This document shows, one piece after another, positions 1 to 12,522 of a stretch of DNA of 64,000 bases. Within the stretch, counting starts at the first letter, position 1, and every line of letters starts with the position of its first letter. The stretch is from Auanema rhodensis (Eukaryota > Animalia > Nematoda), in NCBI GenBank assembly GCA_964057225.1, contig OZ059900.1:17794001-17858000 (forward strand), written 5' to 3'. The notes under the pieces were generated by a model. That model had not been told where the DNA came from. It saw only the letters and a list, made by a program, of their open reading frames with translations, and made no database searches. The translations under genes and the position numbers were made by a program.

Positions 1-3000
1 ATTTTAGTATGTAACACGCTGAAATTCGTTGCATTTGACGACTCATATGAACAAAAATCGATTTAATCAATATTAGCCATAAGGGGCGTGCCCTCAGAAT
101 ATGCTAATTTCCTTAATTTTCTAACCCCTGTTTTTTTGTCGTGAAAGTGGAATTAGACGTTGTAGGAACAATTTTGAGCTAGGTTTCATTGACATTGCAT
201 GAGTTTGAACACATGAAATCGTAAGTCAAAACCTTGTTTACAGCGAAACTTCCAAAAACTGGTTTTCCAGCATAATAAAATATTTCTCATGGGAAATACT
301 GTGTTTTTGTATTTTTATGGTGTTCAGCATGTAAAATGCTTCATTTTAGTATGTAACACGCTGAAATTCGTTGCATTTGACGACTCATATGAACAAAAAT
401 CGATTTAATCAATATAAGCCATAAAGGGCGTGCCCTCAGAATCTGCTAATTTCCTTAATTTTCTAACCCCTGTTTTTTTGTCGTGAAAGTGGAACTAGAC
501 GTTGTAGGAACAATTTTGAGCTAGATTTCATTGACATTGCATGAGTTTGAACACATGAAATCGTAAGTCAAAACCTTGTTTACAGCGAAATTTCCAAAAA
601 CTCGTTTTCCAGCATAATAAAATATTTCTCATGGGAAATACTGTGTTTTTGTATTTTTTTAGTGTTCAGCATGTAAAATGCTTCATTTTAGTATGTGACA
701 CGCTGAAATTAATTGCATTTGACGACTCATATGAACAAAAATCGATTTAATCAATATTAGCCATAAGGGGCGTGCCCTCAGAATATGCTAATTTCCTTAA
801 TTTTCTAACCCCTGTTTTTTTGTCGTGAAAGTGGAACTAGACGTTGTAGGAACAATTTCGAGCTAGATTTCATTGACATTGCATGAGTTTGAACACATGA
901 AATCGTAAGTCAAAACCTTGTTTACAGCGAAATTTCCAAAAACTGGTTTTCCAGCATAATAAAATATTTCTCATGGGAAATACTGTGTTTTTGTATTTTT
1001 ATAGTGTTCAGCATGTAAAATGCTTCATTTTAGTATGTAACACGCTGAAATTCGTTGCATTTGACGACTCATATGAACAAAAATCGATTTAATCAATATT
1101 AGCCATAAGGGGCGTGCCCTCAGAATATGCTAATTTCCTTAATTTTCTAACCCCTGTTTTTTTGTCGTGAAAGTGGAATTAGACGTTGTAGGAACAATTT
1201 TGAGCTAGGTTTCATTGACATTGCATGAGTTTGAACACATGAAATCGTAAGTCAAAACCTTGTTTACAGCGAAACTTCCAAAAACTGGTTTTCCAGCATA
1301 ATAAAATATTTCTCATGGGAAATACTGTGTTTTTGTATTTTTATGGTGTTCAGCATGTAAAATGCTTCATTTTAGTATGTAACACGCTGAAATTCGTTGC
1401 ATTTGACGACTCATATGAACAAAAATCGATTTAATCAATATAAGCCATAAAGGGCGTGCCCTCAGAATCTGCTAATTTCCTTAATTTTCTAACCCCTGTT
1501 TTTTTGTCGTGAAAGTGGAACTAGACGTTGTAGGAACAATTTTGAGCTAGATTTCATTGACATTGCATGAGTTTGAACACATGAAATCGTAAGTCAAAAC
1601 CTTGTTTACAGCGAAATTTCCAAAAACTCGTTTTCCAGCATAATAAAATATTTCTCATGGGAAATACTGTGTTTTTGTATTTTTTTAGTGTTCAGCATGT
1701 AAAATGCTTCATTTTAGTATGTGACACGCTGAAATTAATTGCATTTGACGACTCATATGAACAAAAATCGATTTAATCAATATTAGCCATAAGGGGCGTG
1801 CCCTCAGAATATGCTAATTTCCTCAATTTTCTAACCCCTGTTTTTTTGTCGTGAAAGTGGAACTAGACGTTGTACGAACAATTTTGAGCTAGGTTTCATT
1901 GACATTGCATGAGTTTGAACACATGAAATCGTAAGTCAAAACCTTGTTTACAGCGAAATTTCCAAAAACTGGTTTTCCAGCATAATAAAATATTTCTCAT
2001 GGGAAATACTGTGTTTTTGTATTTTTATAGTGTTCAGCATGTAAAATGTTTCATTTTAGTATGTAACACGCTGAAATTCGTTGCATTTGACGACTCATAT
2101 GAACAAAAATCGATTTAATCAATATAAGCCATAAAGGGCGTGCCCTCAGAATCTGCTAATTTCCTTAATTTTCTAACCCCTGTTTTTTTGTCGTGAAAGT
2201 GGAACTAGACGTTGTAGGAACAATTTTGAGCTAGATTTCATTGACATTGCATGAGTTTGAACACATGAAATCGTAAGTCAAAACCTTGTTTACAGCGAAA
2301 TTTCCAAAAACTCGTTTTCCAGCATAATAAAATATTTCTCATGGGAAATACTGTGTTTTTGTATTTTTTTAGTGTTCAGCATGTAAAATGCTTCATTTTA
2401 GTATGTGACACGCTGAAATTAATTGCATTTGACGACTCATATGAACAAAAATCGATTTAATCAATATTAGCCATAAGGGGCGTGCCCTCAGAATATGCTA
2501 ATTTCCTCAATTTTCTAACCCCTGTTTTTTTGTCGTGAAAGTGGAACTAGACGTTGTACGAACAATTTTGAGCTAGGTTTCATTGACATTGCATGAGTTT
2601 GAACACATGAAATCGTAAGTCAAAACCTTGTTTACAGCGAAATTTCCAAAAACTGGTTTTCCAGCATAATAAAATATTTCTCATGGGAAATACTGTGTTT
2701 TTGTATTTTTCTAGTGTTCAGCATGTGAAATGCTTCATTTTAGTATGTAACACGCTGAAATTCGTTGCATTTGACGACTCATATGAACAAAAATCGATTT
2801 AATCAATATTAGCCATAAGGGGCGTGCCCTCAGAATATGCTAATTTCCTTAATTTTCTAACCCCTGTTTTGTTGTCGTGAAAGTGGAACTAGACGTTGTA
2901 GGAACAATTTTGAGCTAGGTTTCATTGACATTGCATGAGTTTGAACACATGAAATCGTAAGTCAAAACCTTGTTTACAGCGAAATTTCCAAAAACTGGTT

Positions 3001-5130
3001 TTCCAGCATAATAAAATATTTCTCATGGGAAATACTGTGTTTTTGTATTTTTATAGTGTTCAGCATGTAAAATGCTTCATTTTAGTATGTAACACGCTGA
3101 AATTCGTTGCATTTGACGACTCATATGAACAAAAATCGATTTAATCAATATTAGCCATAAGAGGCGTGCCCTCAGAATATGCTAATTTCCTTAATTTTCT
3201 AACCCCTGTTTTTTTGTCGTGAAAGTGGAACTAGACGTTGTAGGAACAATTTTGAGCTAGGTTTCATTGACATTGCATGAGTTTGAACACATGAAATCGT
3301 AAGTCAAAACCTTGTTTACAGCGAAATTTCCAAAAACTGGTTTTCCAGCATAATAAAATATTTCTCATAGGAAATACTGTGTTTTTGTATTTTTCTAGTG
3401 TTCAGCATGTGAAATGCTTCATTTTAGTATGTAACACGCTGAAATTCGTTGCATTTGACGACTCATATGAACAAAAATCGATTTAATCAATATTAGCCAT
3501 AAGGGGCGTGCCCTCAGAATATGCTAATTTCCTTAATTTTCTAACCCCTGTTTTGTTGTCGTGAAAGTGGAACTAGACGTTGTAGGAACAATTTTGAGCT
3601 AGGTTTCATTGACATTGCATGAGTTTGAACACATGAAATCGTAAGTCAAAACCTTGTTTACAGCGAAATTTCCAAAAACTGGTTTTCCAGCATAATAAAA
3701 TATTTCTCATGGGAAATACTGTGTTTTTGTATTTTTCTAGTGTTCAGCATGTAAAATGCTTCATTTTAGTATGTAACACGCTGAAATTCGTTTCATTTGA
3801 CGACTCATATGAACAAAAATCGATTTAATCAATATTAGCCATAAGGGGTGTGCCCTCAGAATATGCTAATTTCCTTAATTTTCTAACCCCTGTTTTTTTG
3901 TCGTGAAAGTGGAACTAGACGTTGTACGAACAATTTTGAGCTAGGTTTCATTGACATTGCATGAGTTTGAACACATGAAATCGTAAGTCAAAACCTTGTT
4001 TACAGCGAAATTTCCAAAAACTGGTTTTCCAGCATAATAAAATATTTCTCATGGGAAATACTGTGTTTTTGTATTTTTATAGTGTTCAGCATGTAAAATG
4101 CTTCATTTTAGTATGTAACACGCTGAAATTCGTTGCATTTGACGACTCATATGAACAAAAATCGATTTAATCAATATTAGCCATAAGAGGCGTGCCCTCA
4201 GAATATGCTAATTTCCTTAATTTTCTAACCCCTGTTTTTTTGTCGTGAAAGTGGAACTAGACGTTGTAGGAACAATTTTGAGCTAGGTTTCATTGACATT
4301 GCATGAGTTTGAACACATGAAATCGTAAGTCAAAACCTTGTTTACAGCGAAATTTCCAAAAACTGGTTTTCCAGCATAATAAAATATTTCTCATAGGAAA
4401 TACTGTGTTTTTGTATTTTTCTAGTGTTCAGCATGTGAAATGCTTCATTTTAGTATGTAACACGCTGAAATTCGTTGCATTTGACGACTCATATGAACAA
4501 AAATCGATTTAATCAATATTAGCCATAAGGGGCGTGCCCTCAGAATATGCTAATTTCCTTAATTTTCTAACCCCTGTTTTGTTGTCGTGAAAGTGGAACT
4601 AGACGTTGTAGGAACAATTTTGAGCTAGGTTTCATTGACATTGCATGAGTTTGAACACATGAAATCGTAAGTCAAAACCTTGTTTACAGCGAAATTTCCA
4701 AAAACTGGTTTTCCAGCATAATAAAATATTTCTCATGGGAAATACTGTGTTTTTGTATTTTTCTAGTGTTCAGCATGTAAAATGCTTCATTTTAGTATGT
4801 AACACGCTGAAATTCGTTTCATTTGACGACTCATATGAACAAAAATCGATTTAATCAATATTAGCCATAAGGGGTGTGCCCTCAGAATATGCTAATTTCC
4901 TTAATTTTCTAACCCCTGTTTTTTTGTCGTGAAAGTGGAACTAGACGTTGTACGAACAATTTTGAGCTAGGTTTCATTGACATTGCATGAGTTTGAACAC
5001 ATGAAATCGTAAGTCAAAACCTTGTTTACAGCGAAATTTCCAAAAACTGGTTTTCCAGCATAATAAAATATTTCTCATGGGAAATACTGTGTTTTTGTAT
5101 TTTTATAGTGTTCAGCATGTAAAATGCTTC

Positions 5131-5543
5131 ATTTTAGTATGTAACACGCTGAAATTCGTTGCATTTGACGACTCATATGAACAAAAATCGATTTAATCAA
5201 TATTAGCCATAAGAGGCGTGCCCTCAGAATATGCTAATTTCCTTAATTTTCTAACCCCTGTTTTTTTGTCGTGAAAGTGGAACTAGACGTTGTAATAACA
5301 ATTTTGAGCTAGGTTTCATTGACATTGCATGAGTTTGAACACATGAAATCGTAAGTCAAAACCTTGTTTACAGCGAAATTTCAAAAACTGGTTTTCCAGC
5401 ATAATAAAATATTTCTCATGGGAAATACTGTGTTTTTGTATTTTTCTAGTGTTCAAAAACTGGTTTTCCAGCATAATAAAATATTTCTCATGGGAAATAC
5501 TGTGTTTTTGTATTTTTCTAGTGTTCAGCATGTAAAATGCTTC
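5131..5543 (+). repeat. 413-bp variant monomer, copy 1 (72-bp internal tandem duplication at 5380-5527 plus 1-bp C deletion)
   Basis: TTCAAAAACTGG...TTTCTAGTG occurs twice; TTCA at 5380, 5452 and 5524. Confidence 0.97.
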
Positions 5544-8278
5544 ATTTTAGTATGTAACACGCTGAAATTCGTTTCATTTGACGACTCATATGAACAAAAA
5601 TCGATTTAATCAATATTAGCCATAAGGGGCGTGCCCTCAGAATATGCTAATTTCCTTACTTTTCTAACCCCTGTTTTTTTGTCGTGAAAGTGGAACTAGA
5701 CGTTGTAGGAACAATTTTGAGCTAGGTTTCATTGACATTGCATGAGTTTGCACACATGAAATCGTAAGTCAAAACCTTGTTTACAGCGAAATTTCCAAAA
5801 ACTGGTTTTCCAGCATAATAAAATATTTCTCATGGGAAATACTGTGTTTTTGTATTTTTATAGTGTTCAGCATGTAAAATGTTTCATTTTAGTATGTAAC
5901 ACGCTGAAATTCGTTGCATTTGACGACTCATATGAACAAACATCGATTTAATCAATATTAGCCATAAAGGGCGTGCCCTCAGAATATGCTAATTTCCTTA
6001 ATTTTCTAACCCCTGTTTTGTTGTCGTGAAAGTGGAACTAGACGTTGTAGGAACAATTTTGAGCTAGGTTTCATTGACATTGCATGAGTTTGAACACATG
6101 AAATCGTAAGTCAAAACCTTGTTTACAGCGAACTTTCCAAAAACTGGTTTTCCAGCATAATAAAATATTTCTTATGGGAAATACTGTGTTTTTGTATTTT
6201 TCTAGTGTTCAGCATGTGAAATGCTTCATTTTAGTATGTAACACGCTGAAATTCGTTGCATTTGACGACTCATATGAACAAAAATCGATTTAATCAATAT
6301 TAGCCATAAGGGGCGTGCCCTCAGAATATGCTAATTTCCTTAATTTTCTAACCCCTGTTTTGTTGTCGTGAAAGTGGAACTAGACGTTGTAGGAACAATT
6401 TTGAGCTAGGTTTCATTGACATTGCATGAGTTTGAACACATGAAATCGTAAGTCAAAACCTTGTTTACAGCGAAATTTCTAAAAACTGGTTTTCCAGCAT
6501 AATAAAATATTTCTCATGGGAAATACTGTGTTTTTGTATTTTTCTAGTGTTCAGCATGTAAAATGCTTCATTTTAGTATGTAACACGCTGAAATTCGTTG
6601 CATTTGACGACTCATATGAACAAAAATCGATTTAATCAATATTAGCCATAAGGGGCGTGCCCTCAGAATATGCTAATTTCCTTAATTTTCTAACCCCTGT
6701 TTTTTGTCGTGAAAGTGGAACTAGACGTTGTAGGAACAATTTTGAGCTAGGTTTCATTGACATTGCATGAGTTTGAACACATGAAATCGTAAGTCAAAAC
6801 CTTGTTTACAGCGAAATTTCCAAAAACTGGTTTTCCAGCATAATAAAATATTTCTCATGGGAAATACTGTGTTTTTGTATTTTTATAGTGTTCAGCATGT
6901 AAAATGCTTCATTTTAGTATGTAACACGCTGAAATTCGTTGCATTTGACGACTCATATGAACAAAAATCGATTTAATCAATATTAGCCATAAGGGGCGTG
7001 CCCTCAGAATATGCTAATTTCCTTAATTTTCTAACCCCTGTTTTTTTGTCGTGAAAGTGGAATTAGACGTTGTAGGAACAATTTTGAGCTAGGTTTCATT
7101 GACATTGCATGAGTTTGAACACATGAAATCGTAAGTCAAAACCTTGTTTACAGCGAAACTTCCAAAAACTGGTTTTCCAGCATAATAAAATATTTCTCAT
7201 GGGAAATACTGTGTTTTTGTATTTTTATGGTGTTCAGCATGTAAAATGCTTCATTTTAGTATGTAACACGCTGAAATTCGTTGCATTTGACGACTCATAT
7301 GAACAAAAATCGATTTAATCAATATTAGCCATAAGGGGCGTGCCCTCAGAATATGCTAATTTCCTAAATTTTCTAACCCCTGTTTTTTTGTCGTGAAAGT
7401 GGAACTAGACGTTGTACGAACAATTTTGAGCTAGGTTTCATTGACATTGCATGAGTTTGAACACATGAAATCGTAAGTCAAAACCTTGTTTACAGCGAAA
7501 TTTCCAAAAACTCGTTTTCCAGCATAATAAAATATTTCTCATGGGAAAAACTGTGTTTTTGTATTTTTCTAGTGTTCAGCATGTAAAATGCTTCATTTTA
7601 GTATGTAACACGCTGAAATTCGTTGCATTTGACGACTCATATGAACAAAAATCGATTTAATCAATATTAGCCATAAGGGGCGTGCCCTCAGAATATGCTA
7701 ATTTCCTTAATTTTCTAACCCCTGTTTTTTTGTCGTGAAAGTGGAACTAGACGTTGTACGAACAATTTTGAGCTAGGTTTCATTGACATTGCATGAGTTT
7801 GAACACATGAAATCGTAAGTCAAAACCTTGTTTACAGCGAAATTTCCAAAAACTGGTTTTCCAGCATAATAAAATATTTCTCATGGGAAATACTGTGTTT
7901 TTGTATTTTTCTAGTGTTCAGCATGTGAAATGCTTCATTTTAGTATGTAACACGCTGAAATTCGTTGCATTTGACGACTCATATGAACCAAAATCGATTT
8001 AATCAATATTAGCCATAAGGGGTGTGCCCTCAGAATATGCTAATTTCCTTAATTTTCTAACCCCTGTTTTGTTGTCGTGAAAGTGGAACTAGACGTTGTA
8101 GGAACAATTTTGAGCTAGGTTTCATTGACATTGCATGAGTTTGAACACATGAAATCGTAAGTCAAAACCTTGTTTACAGCGAAATTTCCAAAAACTGGTT
8201 TTCCAGCATAATAAAATATTTCTCATGGGAAATACTGTGTTTTTGTATTTTTATAGTGTTCAGCATGTAAAATGCTTC

Positions 8279-8691
8279 ATTTTAGTATGTAACACGCTGA
8301 AATTCGTTGCATTTGACGACTCATATGAACAAAAATCGATTTAATCAATATTAGCCATAAGAGGCGTGCCCTCAGAATATGCTAATTTCCTTAATTTTCT
8401 AACCCCTGTTTTTTTGTCGTGAAAGTGGAACTAGACGTTGTAATAACAATTTTGAGCTAGGTTTCATTGACATTGCATGAGTTTGAACACATGAAATCGT
8501 AAGTCAAAACCTTGTTTACAGCGAAATTTCAAAAACTGGTTTTCCAGCATAATAAAATATTTCTCATGGGAAATACTGTGTTTTTGTATTTTTCTAGTGT
8601 TCAAAAACTGGTTTTCCAGCATAATAAAATATTTCTCATGGGAAATACTGTGTTTTTGTATTTTTCTAGTGTTCAGCATGTAAAATGCTTC
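8279..8691 (+). repeat. 413-bp variant monomer, copy 2
   Basis: Same 72-bp duplication (8528-8675) and linked GTAATAAC marker. Confidence 0.96.
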
Positions 8692-11600
8692 ATTTTAGTA
8701 TGTAACACGCTGAAATTCGTTTCATTTGACGACTCATATGAACAAAAATCGATTTAATCAATATTAGCCATAAGGGGCGTGCCCTCAGAATATGCTAATT
8801 TCCTTAATTTTCTAACCCCTGTTTTTTTGTCGTGAAAGTGGAACTAGACGTTGTAGGAACAATTTTGAGCTAGATTTCATTGACATTGCATGAGTTTGAA
8901 CACATGAAATCGTAAGTCAAAACCTTGTTTACAGCGAAATTTCCAAAAACTGGTTTTCCAGCATAATAAAATATTTCTCATGGGAAATACTGTGTTTTTG
9001 TATTTTTATAGTGTTCAGCATGTAAAATGTTTCATTTTAGTATGTAACACGCTGAAATTCGTTGCATTTGACGACTCATATGAACAAAAATCGATTTAAT
9101 CAATATTAGCCATAAAGGGCGTGCCCTCAGAATATGCTAATTTCCTTAATTTTCTAACCCCTGTTTTGTTGTCGTGAAAGTGGAACTAGACGTTGTAGGA
9201 ACAATTTTGAGCTAGGTTTCATTGACATTGCATGAGTTTGAACACATGAAATCGTAAGTCAAAACCTTGTTTACAGCGAAATTTCCAAAAACTGGTTTTC
9301 CAGCATAATAAAATATTTCTCATGGGAAATACTGTGTTTTTGTATTTTTCTAGTGTTCAGCATGTAAAATGCTTCATTTTAGTATGTAACACGCTGAAAT
9401 TCGTTGCATTTGACGACTCATATGAACAAAAATCGATTTAATCAATATTAGCCATAAGGGTCGTGCCCTCAGAATATGCTAATTTCCTTAATTTTCTAAC
9501 CCCTGTTTTTTTGTCGTGAAAGTGGAACTAGACGTTGTAGGAACAGTTTTGAGCTAGGTTTCATTGACATTGCATGAGTTTGAACACATGAAATCGTAAG
9601 TCAAAACCTTGTTTACAGCGAAATTTCCAAAAACTGGTTTTCCAGCATAATAAAATATTTCTCATGGGAAATACTGTGTTTTTGTATTTTTCTAGTGTTC
9701 AGCATGTAAAATGCTTCATTTTAGTATGTAACACGCTGAAATTCGTTGCATTTGACGACTCATATGAACAAAAATCGATTTAATCAATATTAGCCATAAG
9801 GGGCGTGCCCTCAGAATATGCTAATTTCCTTAATTTTCTAACCCCTGTTTTTTGTCGTGAAAGTGGAACTAGACGTTGTAGGAACAATTTTGAGCTAGGT
9901 TTCATTGACATTGCATGAGTTTGAACACATGAAATCGTAAGTCAAAACCTTGTTTACAGCGAAATTTCCAAAAACTGGTTTTCCAGCATAATAAAATATT
10001 TCTCATGGGAAATACTGTGTTTTTGTATTTTTATAGTGTTCAGCATGTAAAATGCTTCATTTTAGTATGTAACACGCTGAAATTCGTTGCATTTGACGAC
10101 TCATATGAACAAAAATCGATTTAATCAATATTAGCCATAAGGGGCGTGCCCTCAGAATATGCTAATTTCCTTAATTTTCTAACCCCTGTTTTTTTGTCGT
10201 GAAAGTGGAATTAGACGTTGTAGGAACAATTTTGAGCTAGGTTTCATTGACATTGCATGAGTTTGAACACATGAAATCGTAAGTCAAAACCTTGTTTACA
10301 GCGAAACTTCCAAAAACTGGTTTTCCAGCATAATAAAATATTTCTCATGGGAAATACTGTGTTTTTGTATTTTTATGGTGTTCAGCATGTAAAATGCTTC
10401 ATTTTAGTATGTAACACGCTGAAATTCGTTGCATTTGACGACTCATATGAACAAAAATCGATTTAATCAATATTAGCCATAAGGGTCGTGCCCTCAGAAT
10501 ATGCTAATTTCCTTAATTTTCTAACCCCTGTTTTTTTGTCGTGAAAGTGGAACTAGACGTTGTAGGAACAGTTTTGAGCTAGGTTTCATTGACATTGCAT
10601 GAGTTTGAACACATGAAATCGTAAGTCAAAACCTTGTTTACAGCGAAATTTCCAAAAAGTGGTTTTCCAGCATAATAAAATATTTCTCATGGGAAATACT
10701 GTGTTTTTGTATTTTTCTAGTGTTCAGCATGTAAAATGCTTCATTTAAGTATGTGACACGCTGAAATTCGTTGCATTTGACGACTCATATGAACAAAAAT
10801 CGATTTAATCAATATTAGCCATAAGGGGCGTGCCCTCAGATTATGCTAATTTCCTTAATTTTCTAACCCCTGTTTTTTGTCGTGAAAGTGGAACTAGACG
10901 TTGTAGGAACAATTTTGAGCTAGGTTTCATTGACATTGCATGAGTTTGAACACATGAAATCGTAAGTCAAAACCTTGTTTACAGCGAAATTTCCAAAAAC
11001 TGGTTTTCCAGCATAATAAAATATTTCTCATGGGAAATACTGTGTTTTTGTATTTTTCTAGTGTTCAGCATGCAAAATACTTCATTTTAGTATGTAACAC
11101 GCTGAAATTCGTTGCATTTGACGACTCATATGAACAAAAATCGATTTAATCAATATTAGCCATAAGGGGCGTGCCCTCAGAATATGCTAATTTCCTAAAT
11201 TTTCTAACCCCTGTTTTTTTGTCGTGAAAGTGGAACTAGACGTTGTACGAACAATTTTGAGCTAGGTTTCATTGACATTGCATGAGTTTGAACACATGAA
11301 ATCGTAAGTCAAAACCTTGTTTACAGCGAAATTTCCAAAAACTGGTTTTCCAGCATAATAAAATATTTCTCATGGGAAAAACTGTGTTTTTGTATTTTTC
11401 TAGTGTTCAGCATGTAAAATGCTTCATTTTAGTATGTAACACGCTGAAATTCGTTGCATTTGACGACTCATATGAACAAAAATCGATTTAATCAATATTA
11501 GCCATAAGAGGCGTGCCCTCAGAATATGCTAATTTCCTTAATTTTCTAACCCCTGTTTTTTTGTCGTGAAAGTGGAACTAGACGTTGTAGGAACAATTTT

Positions 11601-12109
11601 GAGCTAGATTTCATTGACATTGCATGAGTTTGAACACATGAAATCGTAAGTCAAAACCTTGTTTACAGCGAAAATTCCAAAAACTGGTTTTCCAGCATAA
11701 TAAAATATTTCTCATGGGAAATACTGTGTTTTTGTATTTTTCTAGTGTTCAGCATGTAAAATGCTTCATTTAAGTATGTGACACGCTGAAATTCGTTGCA
11801 TTTGACGACTCATATGAACAAAAATCGATTTAATCAATATTAGCCATAAGGGGCGTGCCCTCAGAATATGCTAATTTCCTTAATTTTCTAACCCCTGTTT
11901 TGTTGTCGTGAAAGTGGAACTAGACGTTGTAGGAACAATTTTGAGCTAGGTTTCATTGACATTGCATGAGTTTGAACACATGAAATCGTAAGTCAAAACC
12001 TTGTTTACAGCGAAATTTCCAAAAACTGGTTTTCCAGCATAATAAAATATTTCTCATGGGAAATACTGTGTTTTTGTATTTTTATAGTGTTCAGCATGTA
12101 AAATGCTTC

Positions 12110-12522
12110 ATTTTAGTATGTAACACGCTGAAATTCGTTGCATTTGACGACTCATATGAACAAAAATCGATTTAATCAATATTAGCCATAAGAGGCGTGC
12201 CCTCAGAATATGCTAATTTCCTTAATTTTCTAACCCCTGTTTTTTTGTCGTGAAAGTGGAACTAGACGTTGTAATAACAATTTTGAGCTAGGTTTCATTG
12301 ACATTGCATGAGTTTGAACACATGAAATCGTAAGTCAAAACCTTGTTTACAGCGAAATTTCAAAAACTGGTTTTCCAGCATAATAAAATATTTCTCATGG
12401 GAAATACTGTGTTTTTGTATTTTTCTAGTGTTCAAAAACTGGTTTTCCAGCATAATAAAATATTTCTCATGGGAAATACTGTGTTTTTGTATTTTTCTAG
12501 TGTTCAGCATGTAAAATGCTTC
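12110..12522 (+). repeat. 413-bp variant monomer, copy 3
   Basis: Same 72-bp duplication (12359-12506) and linked markers. Confidence 0.96.

Noticed and set aside
121-128. Telomere-like CTAACCC motif
   Set aside because: A single 7-bp occurrence per monomer with no tandem telomeric repeats; compatible with chance.
1-342. Primate alpha-satellite dimer (2x171 bp) or a named ~340-bp insect satellite
   Set aside because: Only the length matches. I do not recognise alpha-satellite sequence here, and monomer length alone cannot assign a family without a database search.
1-342. Tandem 5S rRNA, tRNA or snRNA gene unit, or MITE
   Set aside because: I see no recognisable 5S, tRNA or snRNA sequence, no convincing Pol III A/B/C boxes, and no terminal inverted repeats with target-site duplications.
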